64,000 bases of DNA, taken from assembly GCA_041661245.1 (NCBI GenBank), contig JBAZUY010000001.1, forward strand, positions 64,491 to 128,490, written 5' to 3'. The translations under genes were made by a program, and so were the position numbers. The notes under the pieces are model-generated. The model saw only the letters and a program-made list of their open reading frames with translations, made no database searches and had not been told where the DNA came from. This stretch comes from an archaeon. GTDB taxonomy: Archaea; Iainarchaeota; Iainarchaeia; Iainarchaeales; JAAZKV01. This document shows, in pieces, positions 10,171 to 20,428 of the stretch (positions within the stretch are counted from its first letter, which is position 1; the number at the start of each line of letters is the position of its first letter).

Positions 10171-10836
10171 ATGTTAATCGCAGGAATTGATGAAGCTGGA
10201 AGAGGCCCTTGCTTTGGCCCAATGACTATTGGAATAAGCGTAATGGAAAAAGAAACTGAGCCCATTTTGAAAAAACTTGGAGTAAGAGACTCAAAAGAGA
10301 TTTTGCCAAATAAACGAAAAGCATTAATTGAAGGAATTAAAGAAAATTGTGTTGAACACAGAGTACTAATACTTGAACCCGTTGAAATTAATGATTTAAT
10401 GACTCAGTATTCCTTAAATGAAATTGAAGCAATAAAAATCGCGTTACTAATTAATGAACTAAAATCCAAACCGGAAATAGTTTACGTGGATTCCCCTGAT
10501 GCCGTTAAAGGAGCATTTGAGAAACGAATTAGAAAATACTTGGATAAAAAACACGCTGCAATAAAAATTATCGCTGAAAACAAAGCTGATTCAAAATACA
10601 TCGTTGTTGGAGCGGCAAGTATCTTAGCAAAAGTTAAACGAGACGAAGAAATAGAACAACTATCTGAGAAATTCGGAAACATTGGATCAGGTTACCCATC
10701 AGACCCTTACACAAAAAAATTCCTTGCGGAATATGTGGAGAAGAACAGAAAACTTCCCCCCTTTTCAAGAATATTTTGGAGCACATGCACAAAAGCACTG
10801 GAACAAATAGGTTCAACACAGCAGAAATTGTTTTAA
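10171..10836 (+). CDS. rnhB: Ribonuclease HII
   Basis: N-terminal IAGIDEAGRGPCFGPM and DSKEIL, ADSKYIVVGAASILAK blocks. Confidence 0.9.
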   Translation: MLIAGIDEAGRGPCFGPMTIGISVMEKETEPILKKLGVRDSKEILPNKRKALIEGIKENCVEHRVLILEPVEINDLMTQYSLNEIEAIKIALLINELKSKPEIVYVDSPDAVKGAFEKRIRKYLDKKHAAIKIIAENKADSKYIVVGAASILAKVKRDEEIEQLSEKFGNIGSGYPSDPYTKKFLAEYVEKNRKLPPFSRIFWSTCTKALEQIGSTQQKLF

Positions 10837-10842
10837 TTTCTG
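10822..10842 (+). terminator. Perfect 8-bp hairpin spanning the rnhB stop codon
   Basis: cagaaatt-gtttt-aatttctg. Confidence 0.4.
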
Positions 10843-10949
10843 TGTGCAGTCACAACAAAAACTTTTCTAGTTTTTGAATGTCAAAATTCTACGGAATTTT
10901 TCCACAACAAAAACTATTTTGATTAAAAAAGAATAAGGCAAATATTTCT

Positions 10950-11555
10950 TTACTCGTTTTCTTTCATTGCTTCATTAACACTTTCCCCAAGAGAAGGTTT
11001 TGCTTCTTTAGAAGTTTGAACAACAGGAGTATAAGGTTCGCTAGAAACTCCCATGTGAACTTCAGCTTTCTTTTTTGCTTTACCAAAATCTTTTCCAAAG
11101 TACTCAATAAATTTAGTAGTGGTAGTAAGAGTAAAACTTCTTCCTTTAGGATCTTTTTTAATGAATCCCTCATCAAGCAATAATTTTAGATGATCATATG
11201 CTTTGTTGTTTCGATACTTCACTACAACGGATTGTGAAATTGGCTGCTTGTATGCAATAAATGCCAATGTTTTCATTACTCCCCGCGAAAACATGGAGTT
11301 TTGAGCAAATTGTTGAACGTGATCCTCGTAATCCTCTTTAACTCGCATTTGATAACCAACAGGCAACTCAACTATTTCAAGCGCACTTTTTCTAGAATTA
11401 TAAAAACTCATAAGTTCTGTCATCATTGCTTTTGTCTCAAGTCTGGATTGAGTAGCCGCAATATTATTTAGTTCATCAAGAGTAAGTGGCTTTGGGCTCA
11501 TAAAAAGAGCCGCTTCCATTATCTTTTCTTTTTCCAATCTATCCATTAAAAACAC
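10950..11555 (-). CDS. scpB: Segregation and condensation protein B (ScpB)
   Basis: EAALFMSPKPLTLDEL and two winged-helix-like halves (AYKQPISQSVVVKYRN...LLDEGFI). Confidence 0.65.
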   Translation of the reverse strand: MFLMDRLEKEKIMEAALFMSPKPLTLDELNNIAATQSRLETKAMMTELMSFYNSRKSALEIVELPVGYQMRVKEDYEDHVQQFAQNSMFSRGVMKTLAFIAYKQPISQSVVVKYRNNKAYDHLKLLLDEGFIKKDPKGRSFTLTTTTKFIEYFGKDFGKAKKKAEVHMGVSSEPYTPVVQTSKEAKPSLGESVNEAMKENE

Positions 11556-11667
11556 TCAATCAATAACTCAATCAAACTAACTTTAGAAGAAGTTTAAAGT
11601 ATTTAAAGTTAGCCTTCAAACATAAAAAAGAAGCGTTTAATATAACAAAATACAATGTTTTAGTAGT

Positions 11668-12138
11668 ATGGCTAACGGAAAAATGACTTTCGGAGAAGCA
11701 ACCGAAACTGAAAAGGCAGAAATTGAACTAAACTGCGGGTACCCCGTTGGAGACGAAACTGTATTTATGGCTCGAGTGGGAAAAAGACCCGTAGGTTTTG
11801 TTTGGCTTGGGAAAGGAATTTGCAGAAAGATAGTTCTCTCTCCGGAAGCTAGAGGGAATGGAAACTCCGAAAAACTACTCGAATCTGCTTTAAAGTTTTA
11901 CTTTAAAAAACACAAAAATGTAAAACTCACAAGGCTTAGAATAATTTACGAAGGATTACGTAATGGGAAAAAGAGAGAAGGCTCACTTGAAAGATGGGTC
12001 CTTAGGCAAGGCGCAATACAGATGAGGACTAACGAGGGAACACACGCATTTGTCAGACCAAGACAAGGAGAAACAATAATCGCAGCAAAGAAAAGATTCC
12101 TCGCAAAACCCCCTTTAAGAAAATTACGAAGGAAATGA
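11668..12138 (+). CDS. Small GNAT-like acetyltransferase (tentative)
   Basis: IVLSPEARGNGNSEKLLESAL resembles GNAT motif A; basic C-terminal tail. Confidence 0.4.
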   Translation: MANGKMTFGEATETEKAEIELNCGYPVGDETVFMARVGKRPVGFVWLGKGICRKIVLSPEARGNGNSEKLLESALKFYFKKHKNVKLTRLRIIYEGLRNGKKREGSLERWVLRQGAIQMRTNEGTHAFVRPRQGETIIAAKKRFLAKPPLRKLRRK

Positions 12139-12156
12139 AAAATTTGAACTAAAAAA

Positions 12157-12426
12157 TTATTTCTTTTTGATTAAGTTCATTTCTTCCATTTTTTCTGCAA
12201 TCCAAGGAATTGCTAAAAAGAATACCAAAATTGGAACTCCAATATACCAATAACCGTCAACTACAAGCCAAAAACTTGCAATCAAAACAAGGACAATGAT
12301 TGAAATATACTTAAAATAAACAAACTCTATTTCACGAACTGATTCAAGAGCACCTTCTCTTGAAAGAAACTTTTGCTTTAAACCATTTTTTGAACTATTT
12401 TTTGTAACAATCTTTTTAGTAGCCAT
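12157..12426 (-). CDS. Small membrane protein
   Basis: 89 aa with two hydrophobic helices (IIVLVLIASFWLVV, IGVPILVFFLAIPWI). Confidence 0.35.
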   Translation of the reverse strand: MATKKIVTKNSSKNGLKQKFLSREGALESVREIEFVYFKYISIIVLVLIASFWLVVDGYWYIGVPILVFFLAIPWIAEKMEEMNLIKKK

Positions 12427-12480
12427 GAAGAACCAACGCGTTTGTACAATATAAAGATTACTAACTAGGTTCGGACGAAT

Positions 12481-15147
12481 TTACTCAATTAGTAAAGCCG
12501 GTTTTCCAGGGAAAGCATTCTTTGCTTTAGCTTCAGTAGAATCAGAAGCCTTAATTATTTCGATTACCCCAAATTCACTCTCAAGAACTGGTTTTGCTTC
12601 ATTTAGTACCGCAACTTCATCAAACTTTTCAAGCAACACAAAATCGTTAAATTTATTCATTGCAGTTTTAACAAAAATTGGGATTTCCCCACCGTATTTT
12701 CTCAAATCTGGATCTGAAGTAACTGCCTTAATCGCAGCACCAAAATCAGGCCGAGTATTACAAGCTTTCTTTATTACTTCAAGAGCAGTCCATTTCCACT
12801 CGGGTGCAACAAAAATCTTTACTTTTGAAACTTTAGCAATTTTTGCGAGTTCTTTTACTCTAATAATATCCGTTCGAAGATTATCCACGATTACATCAAT
12901 TCTTTCAAGATTTTCATCAATCAAACTCTCATCAAGCACTGGCCACTTTTCAAGGGAAACAAAAGTTTTGTTTCCTATTTTGTGCCACAATTCTTCAGCA
13001 ACATGTGGACAAAATGGAGAAACTAATTTTAGTAATTCTTCAAACGCACTTCTAGGAACACTATCAAATCCGGATAAATAATCAAGGAAAGTTGAAATTG
13101 CTATTACACACTTTGGATAATCAAAAGTATCCACATTCTTTGTAACATCCCGAATTGCAATATTTAATTTACTTAATGTTTTCTTATCAAGCACGCTTTT
13201 GTTAGCAGAAACTTTTTCGCTCACTCTAAAGAACTTATTAATAATTCTAAAAGCCCCGTCAACTCCTTCGTCACTCCACTCCATTTGTTTATCTGGGGAA
13301 GAAACAAACATCAAGAACAATCTTGCAGTATCAATTCCGTATTTATTTGAAATATCAGTTTGGAAAACAACATTTCCTTTTGATTTTGACATTTTTGCCC
13401 CATCTTTGTAAACGATTCCTTGATTGAATAATTTTTGGAAAGGCTCATCAAAATCAACGTAACCCAAATCTTTTAGTGCTTTGATAAAGAAACGAGCATA
13501 CATTAAGTGCATTACCGCGTGCTCTGCTCCCCCAACATATTGATCAACAGGCATCCAATATTTTGCTTTAGCAGGGTCAAAAGGTTGAGTCTTATTTTTG
13601 TTATCAGTGTACCTTAAGAAATACCAGGAAGAATCTACAAATCCGCCCATTGTATCGGTTTCTCTTTTTGCAGCGCCCCCGCACTTTGGACACTTTGTAT
13701 TAACAAAATCTGGATTTGAGTTAAGTGGATTTCCACTAACTTTAAAATCAACTGTTTCGGGCAACAGAACTGGCAAATCTTTCTCAGGAACCATTACTAC
13801 TCCGCACTTTTCGCAGTGAATTGCAGGAATTGGAGTCCCCCAATAACGTTGACGAGAAACAAGCCAATCTCTAATACTATAATTAACAACTTTTTCTCCA
13901 AAATTATTTTCAGCAAGCCAACTTGCCATTTTTGGCAAAGCTTCCCTATTGTTCATTCCTGAAAATTGTTCAGAACCGAACAGAATTCCATCTTCAATAA
14001 ATGCATCCGAGAAATCTCTTGGATTAATTTCTTTTCCATCTTTACTAATAACAAATTTTAATGGAATATTATATTTTCTTGCAAACCTAAAATCTCTTTT
14101 ATCATGTGCATCACACATTACTACCCCTGTTCCATAGAGCAGAGCAAAATTTGAAACATAAACTGGAATTTCTTCCCCATTAGCAGGGTTAATTACATAT
14201 TTTCCTGTAAAAATTCCTTCTTTTTCTTTTTCTTCATTAGTCCGATCTTCTATTTTTTCTTTAACACATTTACTTACAAATTCCTTAACCTCATTTTCAT
14301 ATTTTGTTCCGTTTACTAATTCTCCAACAATTGGACTTTCTGGAGCCACCGCAATAAAAGTAACTGAAAAAATTGTATCGCATCTTGTTGTAAAAGCTTT
14401 AAGAACTTTTGAAGAATCTTTTAATTTAAAATTAATATTTACTCCTTCACTTTTACCAATCCAATTCTTTTGCATAGTCTTAATCTTTTGAGGCCACTCT
14501 ACTTTGTCCAAATCTTCAAGCAATCTATCCGCATACTCGGTTATTTTCAAAAACCATTGTTCCATATCTTTTTGAACAACATCATTATTGCATCTCCAGC
14601 ATTTTCCACTTTCTGCTTCTTCATTAGCAAGAACGGATTGACAAGTTTCACACCAATTAACGGGGGCTTTTTTTCTAAAAGCTAAACCTTTCTCAAAGAG
14701 TTTTACAAAAAAGAATTGATTCCACTTATAATAATCAGGTTCGTGACTTGCAAGAACTCTGTCCCAGTCATAACTATTCCCCATTGCTTTTTGGTATTCC
14801 ATTATTTTCTTTATCGCACCCTCAGTGTAAACTCTTGGATGAATTCCTTCTTTTTTTGCAGCAGTTTCTGCAGGCAACCCAAAAGAATCATAACCCATTG
14901 GGTAAAGTACATTAAAATTATTCATTCTCTTAAATCTTGCAAAAATATCCCCGATAGTAAAGTTTCTAACGTGCCCCATGTGAAGAAAACTAGCACTAGG
15001 GTAAGGATACATTTCTAGAACGTAACACTTTTTCTTTGAAGAATCCTCTTTAGCAGTGAAGATTTTGCTAGTTTCCCACTCAGATTGCCACTTTCTTTCA
15101 ATTGCCAAAAAGTCAATTGCTTTAGTACTTTCTGCTTCAATTACCAT
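12481..15147 (-). CDS. leuS: Leucyl-tRNA synthetase (bacterial-type sequence pattern)
   Basis: YPYPSASFLHMGHVRNFTIGD (HIGH region), PMGYDSFGLPAE, KMSKSKGN. Confidence 0.92.
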   Translation of the reverse strand: MVIEAESTKAIDFLAIERKWQSEWETSKIFTAKEDSSKKKCYVLEMYPYPSASFLHMGHVRNFTIGDIFARFKRMNNFNVLYPMGYDSFGLPAETAAKKEGIHPRVYTEGAIKKIMEYQKAMGNSYDWDRVLASHEPDYYKWNQFFFVKLFEKGLAFRKKAPVNWCETCQSVLANEEAESGKCWRCNNDVVQKDMEQWFLKITEYADRLLEDLDKVEWPQKIKTMQKNWIGKSEGVNINFKLKDSSKVLKAFTTRCDTIFSVTFIAVAPESPIVGELVNGTKYENEVKEFVSKCVKEKIEDRTNEEKEKEGIFTGKYVINPANGEEIPVYVSNFALLYGTGVVMCDAHDKRDFRFARKYNIPLKFVISKDGKEINPRDFSDAFIEDGILFGSEQFSGMNNREALPKMASWLAENNFGEKVVNYSIRDWLVSRQRYWGTPIPAIHCEKCGVVMVPEKDLPVLLPETVDFKVSGNPLNSNPDFVNTKCPKCGGAAKRETDTMGGFVDSSWYFLRYTDNKNKTQPFDPAKAKYWMPVDQYVGGAEHAVMHLMYARFFIKALKDLGYVDFDEPFQKLFNQGIVYKDGAKMSKSKGNVVFQTDISNKYGIDTARLFLMFVSSPDKQMEWSDEGVDGAFRIINKFFRVSEKVSANKSVLDKKTLSKLNIAIRDVTKNVDTFDYPKCVIAISTFLDYLSGFDSVPRSAFEELLKLVSPFCPHVAEELWHKIGNKTFVSLEKWPVLDESLIDENLERIDVIVDNLRTDIIRVKELAKIAKVSKVKIFVAPEWKWTALEVIKKACNTRPDFGAAIKAVTSDPDLRKYGGEIPIFVKTAMNKFNDFVLLEKFDEVAVLNEAKPVLESEFGVIEIIKASDSTEAKAKNAFPGKPALLIE

Positions 15148-15228
15148 AAAAGAATCAGTTTAGAAAGCATTTTTAAGGGTTAAAGTAGGGGACTGAAAAA
15201 AGACTTTTTAGGAGGAACATAACCCTGC

Positions 15229-15873
15229 TTAAAGGCAAGCTTCGAGAACAACAGGTTCGATTGTTGAATTAAAATGTGGTTCTGCCCCAACGGAAACAAT
15301 CAATTTCGCGGACAATTGCTTAGCAATTTCTTTCCCTTTCTCAATCCTAACTAAATGATCTGTTTTGTCAACGAGAACAACAATCTCGCAAGCTTTTTCT
15401 TTTACAGCATTATAATCAAACTTCCAATCACAACAATTATCAAGCGCTGGTCTTGATTTACCATCTTTCAATTTACTCATGGAAGGAGTTGCCACTAAGA
15501 TTAGTTTCTTTATTTTTACTTTAATGACCGGCAACAGTTTGAGTGCTAACACCCCACCTAAGGAATGAGCAACTAAGACAGTATTTTCATTAAATTCACA
15601 ATTCTTCAAAACAAATTCAACCCATTTCCCAATATTTGGTTCGGCAGGATTTGGAAGATCTGGAGCAAAAACAACTTTTTTATTTTTTAACAAAAGCTCC
15701 TTTGTTAACCATGGCCAAAAAACACTTTTAGAATTATCTTTATAGGCATGGAAAAAAACAAACTCGGAATTACCTTCATCAGCACTTTCATTTATTCTAC
15801 GAGGAGGGATTTTATTCATTCTTATCAAATAAATATGCTGAATAAGTATTTTTAAGGATTTATTGAGCCTCAA
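15229..15873 (-). CDS. Alpha/beta serine hydrolase, YdeN/RBBP9-like
   Basis: VAHSLGG nucleophile elbow and an about 190-aa core. The true start is probably the internal ATG (MNKIPP, 15819). Confidence 0.55.
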   Translation of the reverse strand: MRLNKSLKILIQHIYLIRMNKIPPRRINESADEGNSEFVFFHAYKDNSKSVFWPWLTKELLLKNKKVVFAPDLPNPAEPNIGKWVEFVLKNCEFNENTVLVAHSLGGVLALKLLPVIKVKIKKLILVATPSMSKLKDGKSRPALDNCCDWKFDYNAVKEKACEIVVLVDKTDHLVRIEKGKEIAKQLSAKLIVSVGAEPHFNSTIEPVVLEACL

Positions 15874-15921
15874 AAAACACTAAGGAAAAGGATTATATAG
15901 TAAGATTTTCTATTTCATTGC

Positions 15922-16896
15922 ATGGATAATAGACTCCCTGGAATTGCATGGATGTGCGCTTTATTTGTGTGCATTATGATTGGGGCATACTTCTTCGGAC
16001 AAACTGGAATAACTATTCAAAGCATAATGACAATAAACTCTTTTCCCTTACTAAGTGCAATTCTTTCAATTAATTTTTTAGTATTTGTAATTCTTGCATC
16101 TCTTTCACTAGCATTAATTTTAATCATTGGAAAAAAATACACATTCAAGTACGCATTATTGTTTTCAATCACAGGATACTTAATTGGAATAATACTCAGC
16201 ACAATTCTGTTCAAACAATTAGCAAATGTATTCATCCTAATGTGTTTCGGTTTAATTGCAATCCCTGCAGGAATTGTTTACATTAACAAAAGAGAAGAAG
16301 AACTAAAATATTTCAAGAAAATAAGAGCAGCATCAACTGGGGCAGGAAGAATGTTACTAATACTGGGATTAGGATTTTTCTTTACACTTTTATTCATTGG
16401 AATTACAAACCAAGCAAAATTAAAAGAAGAATTTGTTCCAGGTTTTTTACAAGTAACTATTGGAGATGGAGTTACATTAGATGACACTTTCCAAGGCCAA
16501 TTAGTGGATGCATTACTTGGCTCACAAACTCAGATGATTGACACAATACTTGGGTTTGATGAATTCAATTCATTTCAAACAAACAGTGACATTGACGGAT
16601 TAATACTAAAAGCAAAACTTGAGGCAATTAAATCAAACTTAACCAGCCAACAGACAAAAAATATTGCCTTGGCAAAACTCAAAGAACAAAATATTGATTT
16701 AGGAAAAGAATTAATTGCTAAAATTAATTTTATCAAACAAGTTAGTGATTTTGTTTGGGTTCTTTATGCAATAAGTGGCTTTTTACTTTTCACAATAATT
16801 GGAAGTGCAATTATAAAAAACCTAAGTGCAATCTTTTACACAATATTGTTTTTTGCATTTCCTGAGGTGCACATCAAAAAGGGAGAAACCGAATAG
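15922..16896 (+). CDS. Polytopic membrane protein, unknown function
   Basis: Multiple hydrophobic helices flank a soluble loop. Confidence 0.45.
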   Translation: MDNRLPGIAWMCALFVCIMIGAYFFGQTGITIQSIMTINSFPLLSAILSINFLVFVILASLSLALILIIGKKYTFKYALLFSITGYLIGIILSTILFKQLANVFILMCFGLIAIPAGIVYINKREEELKYFKKIRAASTGAGRMLLILGLGFFFTLLFIGITNQAKLKEEFVPGFLQVTIGDGVTLDDTFQGQLVDALLGSQTQMIDTILGFDEFNSFQTNSDIDGLILKAKLEAIKSNLTSQQTKNIALAKLKEQNIDLGKELIAKINFIKQVSDFVWVLYAISGFLLFTIIGSAIIKNLSAIFYTILFFAFPEVHIKKGETE

Positions 16897-16965
16897 AATA
16901 CTAAGGAATAAAAACCCTCAAAGCAACAATACATAATAGGACAATAATAAGGAAGAGAGGCACAT

Positions 16966-17538
16966 ATGGACTCTAGAATAATTTTGGATGAAAAAAGTTT
17001 CAAAGCACTTTCTGCGGATTCAAGAGTGAGCATACTCAAAAACCTCGGGGAAAGAAGAAAGACACTTACTGAACTAAGCCAAAAACTTAATCTTGGAAGT
17101 TCCACAGTAAAAGAACACTGTGACATTTTGGTTAACGCGGAACTAATTAAACAGATTGATGAAGGAAGAAAATGGAAATACTACGAACTTACTTCAAAGG
17201 GAAAACAAATTACTCAACCTAACTTATTTGATGAAGTAAAAGTACTAATTGTATTATGCTTATCCACTCTTGTTGTTGGAGGATTTGTATTCTTTATTTT
17301 AATGAACTTAACAGTAATGCAATCAAGCGCAGACCAATCAATGCGAGCAAATGATTATTCAGCAGGAGAACAACTACTAAAAACCACTATGGCAGCAGGC
17401 AGTGAAATTGCCCCAGTTGCACAAATCCCTCAAGCACCGATAGTTCAAGGAATAAGCTTTGAAATATTTGCAATTAGTGTCATTGTTGCATTAATCTGCG
17501 GAATAATTCTTGGTTGGTATTTTACTAGAAAAAGATAA
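16966..17538 (+). CDS. ArsR-family winged-helix regulator with C-terminal transmembrane helices
   Basis: KALSADSRVSILKNLGERRKTLTELSQKLNLGSSTVKEHCDILVNAELI HTH, followed by two TM segments. Confidence 0.65.
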   Translation: MDSRIILDEKSFKALSADSRVSILKNLGERRKTLTELSQKLNLGSSTVKEHCDILVNAELIKQIDEGRKWKYYELTSKGKQITQPNLFDEVKVLIVLCLSTLVVGGFVFFILMNLTVMQSSADQSMRANDYSAGEQLLKTTMAAGSEIAPVAQIPQAPIVQGISFEIFAISVIVALICGIILGWYFTRKR

Positions 17539-17596
17539 TTAGAAAGCCATTAGCTCGAAATAAAGAGTAAACTAATTAACTCAGAGTTCTATTTTT

Positions 17597-18106
17597 TTAC
17601 TTAAAGAAAGCAGAAATCAATAACAAAATAATTATAACTACTTCAATTCCAATGAGAACCATTGCCAGCCCTCCAAGGGTTTCAATCAACCCTCCCTTAT
17701 ACTTGTCCTCGGACAAAGGATTTTTCAGTTCAACAGAATCATTTTCAAAAACTCGCTTATCGCTAGTTTCTGAAGCACTTTCTTCGCCAACAGGATTCTC
17801 GGCAGCAATATCCACAAGAGTAGTTTTACTATAAGGCAGTACTGGGGCAGCGGCTTTTGATTTTTCGCTCAAAACAACTTTTTTCTTAACAACAACTTTC
17901 TTTACAACTTTTTTCTTCTTTACACTACCTGCAGATTTTTTTTGGACAGATTTTGCTTGAGGCTTAGTTGAATCAGTTTTTGTTTGAACACTAACCACAG
18001 TTGATTTTGTTTGATTCGAAGTGGAATCAGTGGATTTCTTTTTATCCCCAAGTTCAAGTGCTATTTGATTAGCTTCTTTAAGTGCATCATTACTCTCTTC
18101 AGCCAT
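17597..18106 (-). CDS. Low-complexity lysine-rich protein with C-terminal membrane anchor
   Basis: KKKKVVKKVVVKKKVV tract; C-terminal GGLAMVLIGIEVVIIILLLISAFF. Confidence 0.4.
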   Translation of the reverse strand: MAEESNDALKEANQIALELGDKKKSTDSTSNQTKSTVVSVQTKTDSTKPQAKSVQKKSAGSVKKKKVVKKVVVKKKVVLSEKSKAAAPVLPYSKTTLVDIAAENPVGEESASETSDKRVFENDSVELKNPLSEDKYKGGLIETLGGLAMVLIGIEVVIIILLLISAFFK

Positions 18107-18225
18107 AATAAAAATTATGCCATTGCCCCCTTAAATACCTTTTCATTACCCTGCAATTACTTCAAGTTAGGAGGAAAGAATAAAAACCGTTTACCCATTG
18201 ATTTCACTACACCGAGTGAGCAAAA

Positions 18226-19143
18226 ATGACTACTTACGATATTGTAATAATTGGGGCTGGACCTGCAGGACTGACTGCGGGAATTTACTGCGCAAGATAC
18301 GGACTAAAAACAATTATTATTGAAAAAGGACTAATTGGCGGCACAGCAACTTGGGCAAATAGTATTCAAAATTACCCTGGATTTGAAGATATTTCAGGAA
18401 TGGAACTAATGGGGAAATTTAAAGAACAAGCCCAGAAAGCAGGAGTAGAATTTGAGCTAGATTCTGTTAATGAAATTAAGGAAAATAGAACCGAAAAAGA
18501 GGTTATTCTTCAAGGAAAAATAATTACTGCAAAATCAATACTTGTTGCTGTTGGAGCAAAAAGCAAATGGCTAAAAGTTAAAGGAGAAAAAGAATACTTA
18601 AACAAAGGAGTGCATTTTTGTGCAACTTGCGACGGCCCAATGTACAATGGAAAAGAAGTAGCAGTAATTGGAAATGATAACAGAGCTGCTGAAGAAGCCA
18701 TTTATCTTGCAACTGTTACAAAAAAAGTTTATTTAATTAGTTCAAAAAAAGAATTAACTGCAGACAGCACAAAACAAGCTTCGCTTAAAGAAAAAAATGT
18801 GGAAATACTTCTAGGAACAAATGTAACAGGATTTGAAGGAAAACAAATGCTTGAAACAATACTTATAAAAAATTCTGAGGGAAAGGAAAGAAGTATTCCA
18901 GCAAACGGCGCATTCATTTACATTGGCTCTGAACCAAACACGGAGTTTGTTAATGTAAAAAAAGATGAAACCGGAAGAATAATTGTAAACGATGCAATGG
19001 AAACTAGCACAAAAGGAATATTCGCAGCAGGAGATTGTATTAAAAAAGAACTAAACCAAATCGCTACTTGCATTGGAGAAGGGGCAACAGCTGCGCACAC
19101 CGCAGCAAAATATATTCAAAACAAAGATGTTTCAAATAACTAA
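18226..19143 (+). CDS. trxB: Thioredoxin-disulfide reductase
   Basis: YDIVIIGAGPAGLTAGIY FAD motif, CATCDG redox centre, GIFAAGDC. Confidence 0.9.
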   Translation: MTTYDIVIIGAGPAGLTAGIYCARYGLKTIIIEKGLIGGTATWANSIQNYPGFEDISGMELMGKFKEQAQKAGVEFELDSVNEIKENRTEKEVILQGKIITAKSILVAVGAKSKWLKVKGEKEYLNKGVHFCATCDGPMYNGKEVAVIGNDNRAAEEAIYLATVTKKVYLISSKKELTADSTKQASLKEKNVEILLGTNVTGFEGKQMLETILIKNSEGKERSIPANGAFIYIGSEPNTEFVNVKKDETGRIIVNDAMETSTKGIFAAGDCIKKELNQIATCIGEGATAAHTAAKYIQNKDVSNN

Positions 19144-19178
19144 TAATCCAAACAATATTTTACCCGCATTCAAATCAA

Positions 19179-19670
19179 TTAGACTCTTTTTGCAGTAAAA
19201 TCTTTTTCTTTAGGATCATAATCAATTATGACTCCGCGAAGCCCCTTTTCAGTCCGCTTATCCATTAATACATCAACAGAAATCTTCTTTTTTGATTTTG
19301 ATCCTTCCACAGTAGTAATGAACTCTTCAGCAGTTTTTGTATTAGCCCCAACGAAATCAAATTCTCCCATCAAATTATTCACTATTCGCACATACTTTTT
19401 TCCTTTAACTCTCTCTAAAAGCTTTGTTACTGCGTTTTGAGAAAAAGCAACTTTAGGAGCACTCTCGAATTCTTTTATTTTCTTATTAACTTCAATTACT
19501 AGCTGATCAATTTCTTTAGGATTCAAACCGTGTGCTTGACAACCCTCTTCCAATGTTTCATATACTGAAACATGACATCCAATACAATGCAACCCTGCTT
19601 GCGCAAGAACCGGCGCAGCCTCGGGATAATTTGTCATTATGTCCCCCAAAGTATCTTTTTTTGTAATCAT
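19179..19670 (-). CDS. DUF1858 (hybrid-cluster-protein-associated redox disulfide) domain protein with extra C-terminal domain
   Basis: TLGDIMTNYPEAAPVLAQAGLHCIGCHVSVYETLEEGCQAHGL; start taken at MITKKD. Confidence 0.55.
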   Translation of the reverse strand: MITKKDTLGDIMTNYPEAAPVLAQAGLHCIGCHVSVYETLEEGCQAHGLNPKEIDQLVIEVNKKIKEFESAPKVAFSQNAVTKLLERVKGKKYVRIVNNLMGEFDFVGANTKTAEEFITTVEGSKSKKKISVDVLMDKRTEKGLRGVIIDYDPKEKDFTAKRV

Positions 19671-19762
19671 AAAAATCCCCCTAATAACATATGAATTAGT
19701 GTTCATACATGTTTATAATACTTCTCAGCAACGCAGCGGCAGAAACAATATTAAAAACCTAA

Positions 19763-20428
19763 TTAATTAACCCCAATCCTTGGACACAACTTTTTCTTAT
19801 TCAAAAAACACACTTCGCAATTTGGATTTCTTGCAGTGCAAATTGCACGCCCGTGCGAAATTAATAAACCATTAAGTTCATGCCAAACTCTTTTATCAAA
19901 TACTTGCATTAAGTCCTGCTCAATCTTGTTTTGGTTATCAAACTTTGAAAACCCCAATCTTTGAGCTAATCTCCAAACATGAGTATCAACTGCAATCCCA
20001 TTAACAATTCCTTTATTTGCAAGAACCAAGTTTGCTGTTTTCCTTCCGACCCCTGGCAACTCTATTAATTCTTCCATTTTCAAAGGAATTTTCCCTCCAT
20101 ACTTATCTCGAATTATTTTAAAACACTCAATCACTCTTTTTGCTTTCTGCTTGTAATACCCCGTTGGTTTAACTTCCTGCTCAAAAACTTTTAAATTAGC
20201 GCTTGCAAAATCATTCACCCTTTTATATTTCTTAAATAAGATACTTGTAACCTTATTCACTTGAGCATCAGTGCTTTGAGCAGAAAGAATAATTGAACAA
20301 AGCATTTGAGAATCTGTAGAATAATCCAAAAATAACAAAGGCACACTAGAATAATTTTTCTTTAACTCAGAATAAACCTTTTTAGCCCTGCTTTGTATAT
20401 CCACACTCGACATAATCACACACTTCAC
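19763..20428 (-). CDS. nth: Endonuclease III
   Basis: HhH-GPD (LPGVGRKTANLVL...DTHV) and the C-terminal CTARNPNCEVCFLNKKKLC Fe-S motif. Confidence 0.88.
   Translation of the reverse strand: MKCVIMSSVDIQSRAKKVYSELKKNYSSVPLLFLDYSTDSQMLCSIILSAQSTDAQVNKVTSILFKKYKRVNDFASANLKVFEQEVKPTGYYKQKAKRVIECFKIIRDKYGGKIPLKMEELIELPGVGRKTANLVLANKGIVNGIAVDTHVWRLAQRLGFSKFDNQNKIEQDLMQVFDKRVWHELNGLLISHGRAICTARNPNCEVCFLNKKKLCPRIGVN

Noticed and set aside
10851-10915. 13-nt direct repeat cacaacaaaaact, occurring twice 52 nt apart, in the rnhB/scpB convergent spacer
   Set aside because: A short A-rich repeat in an AT-rich spacer could arise by chance, and no associated structure or ORF was seen.
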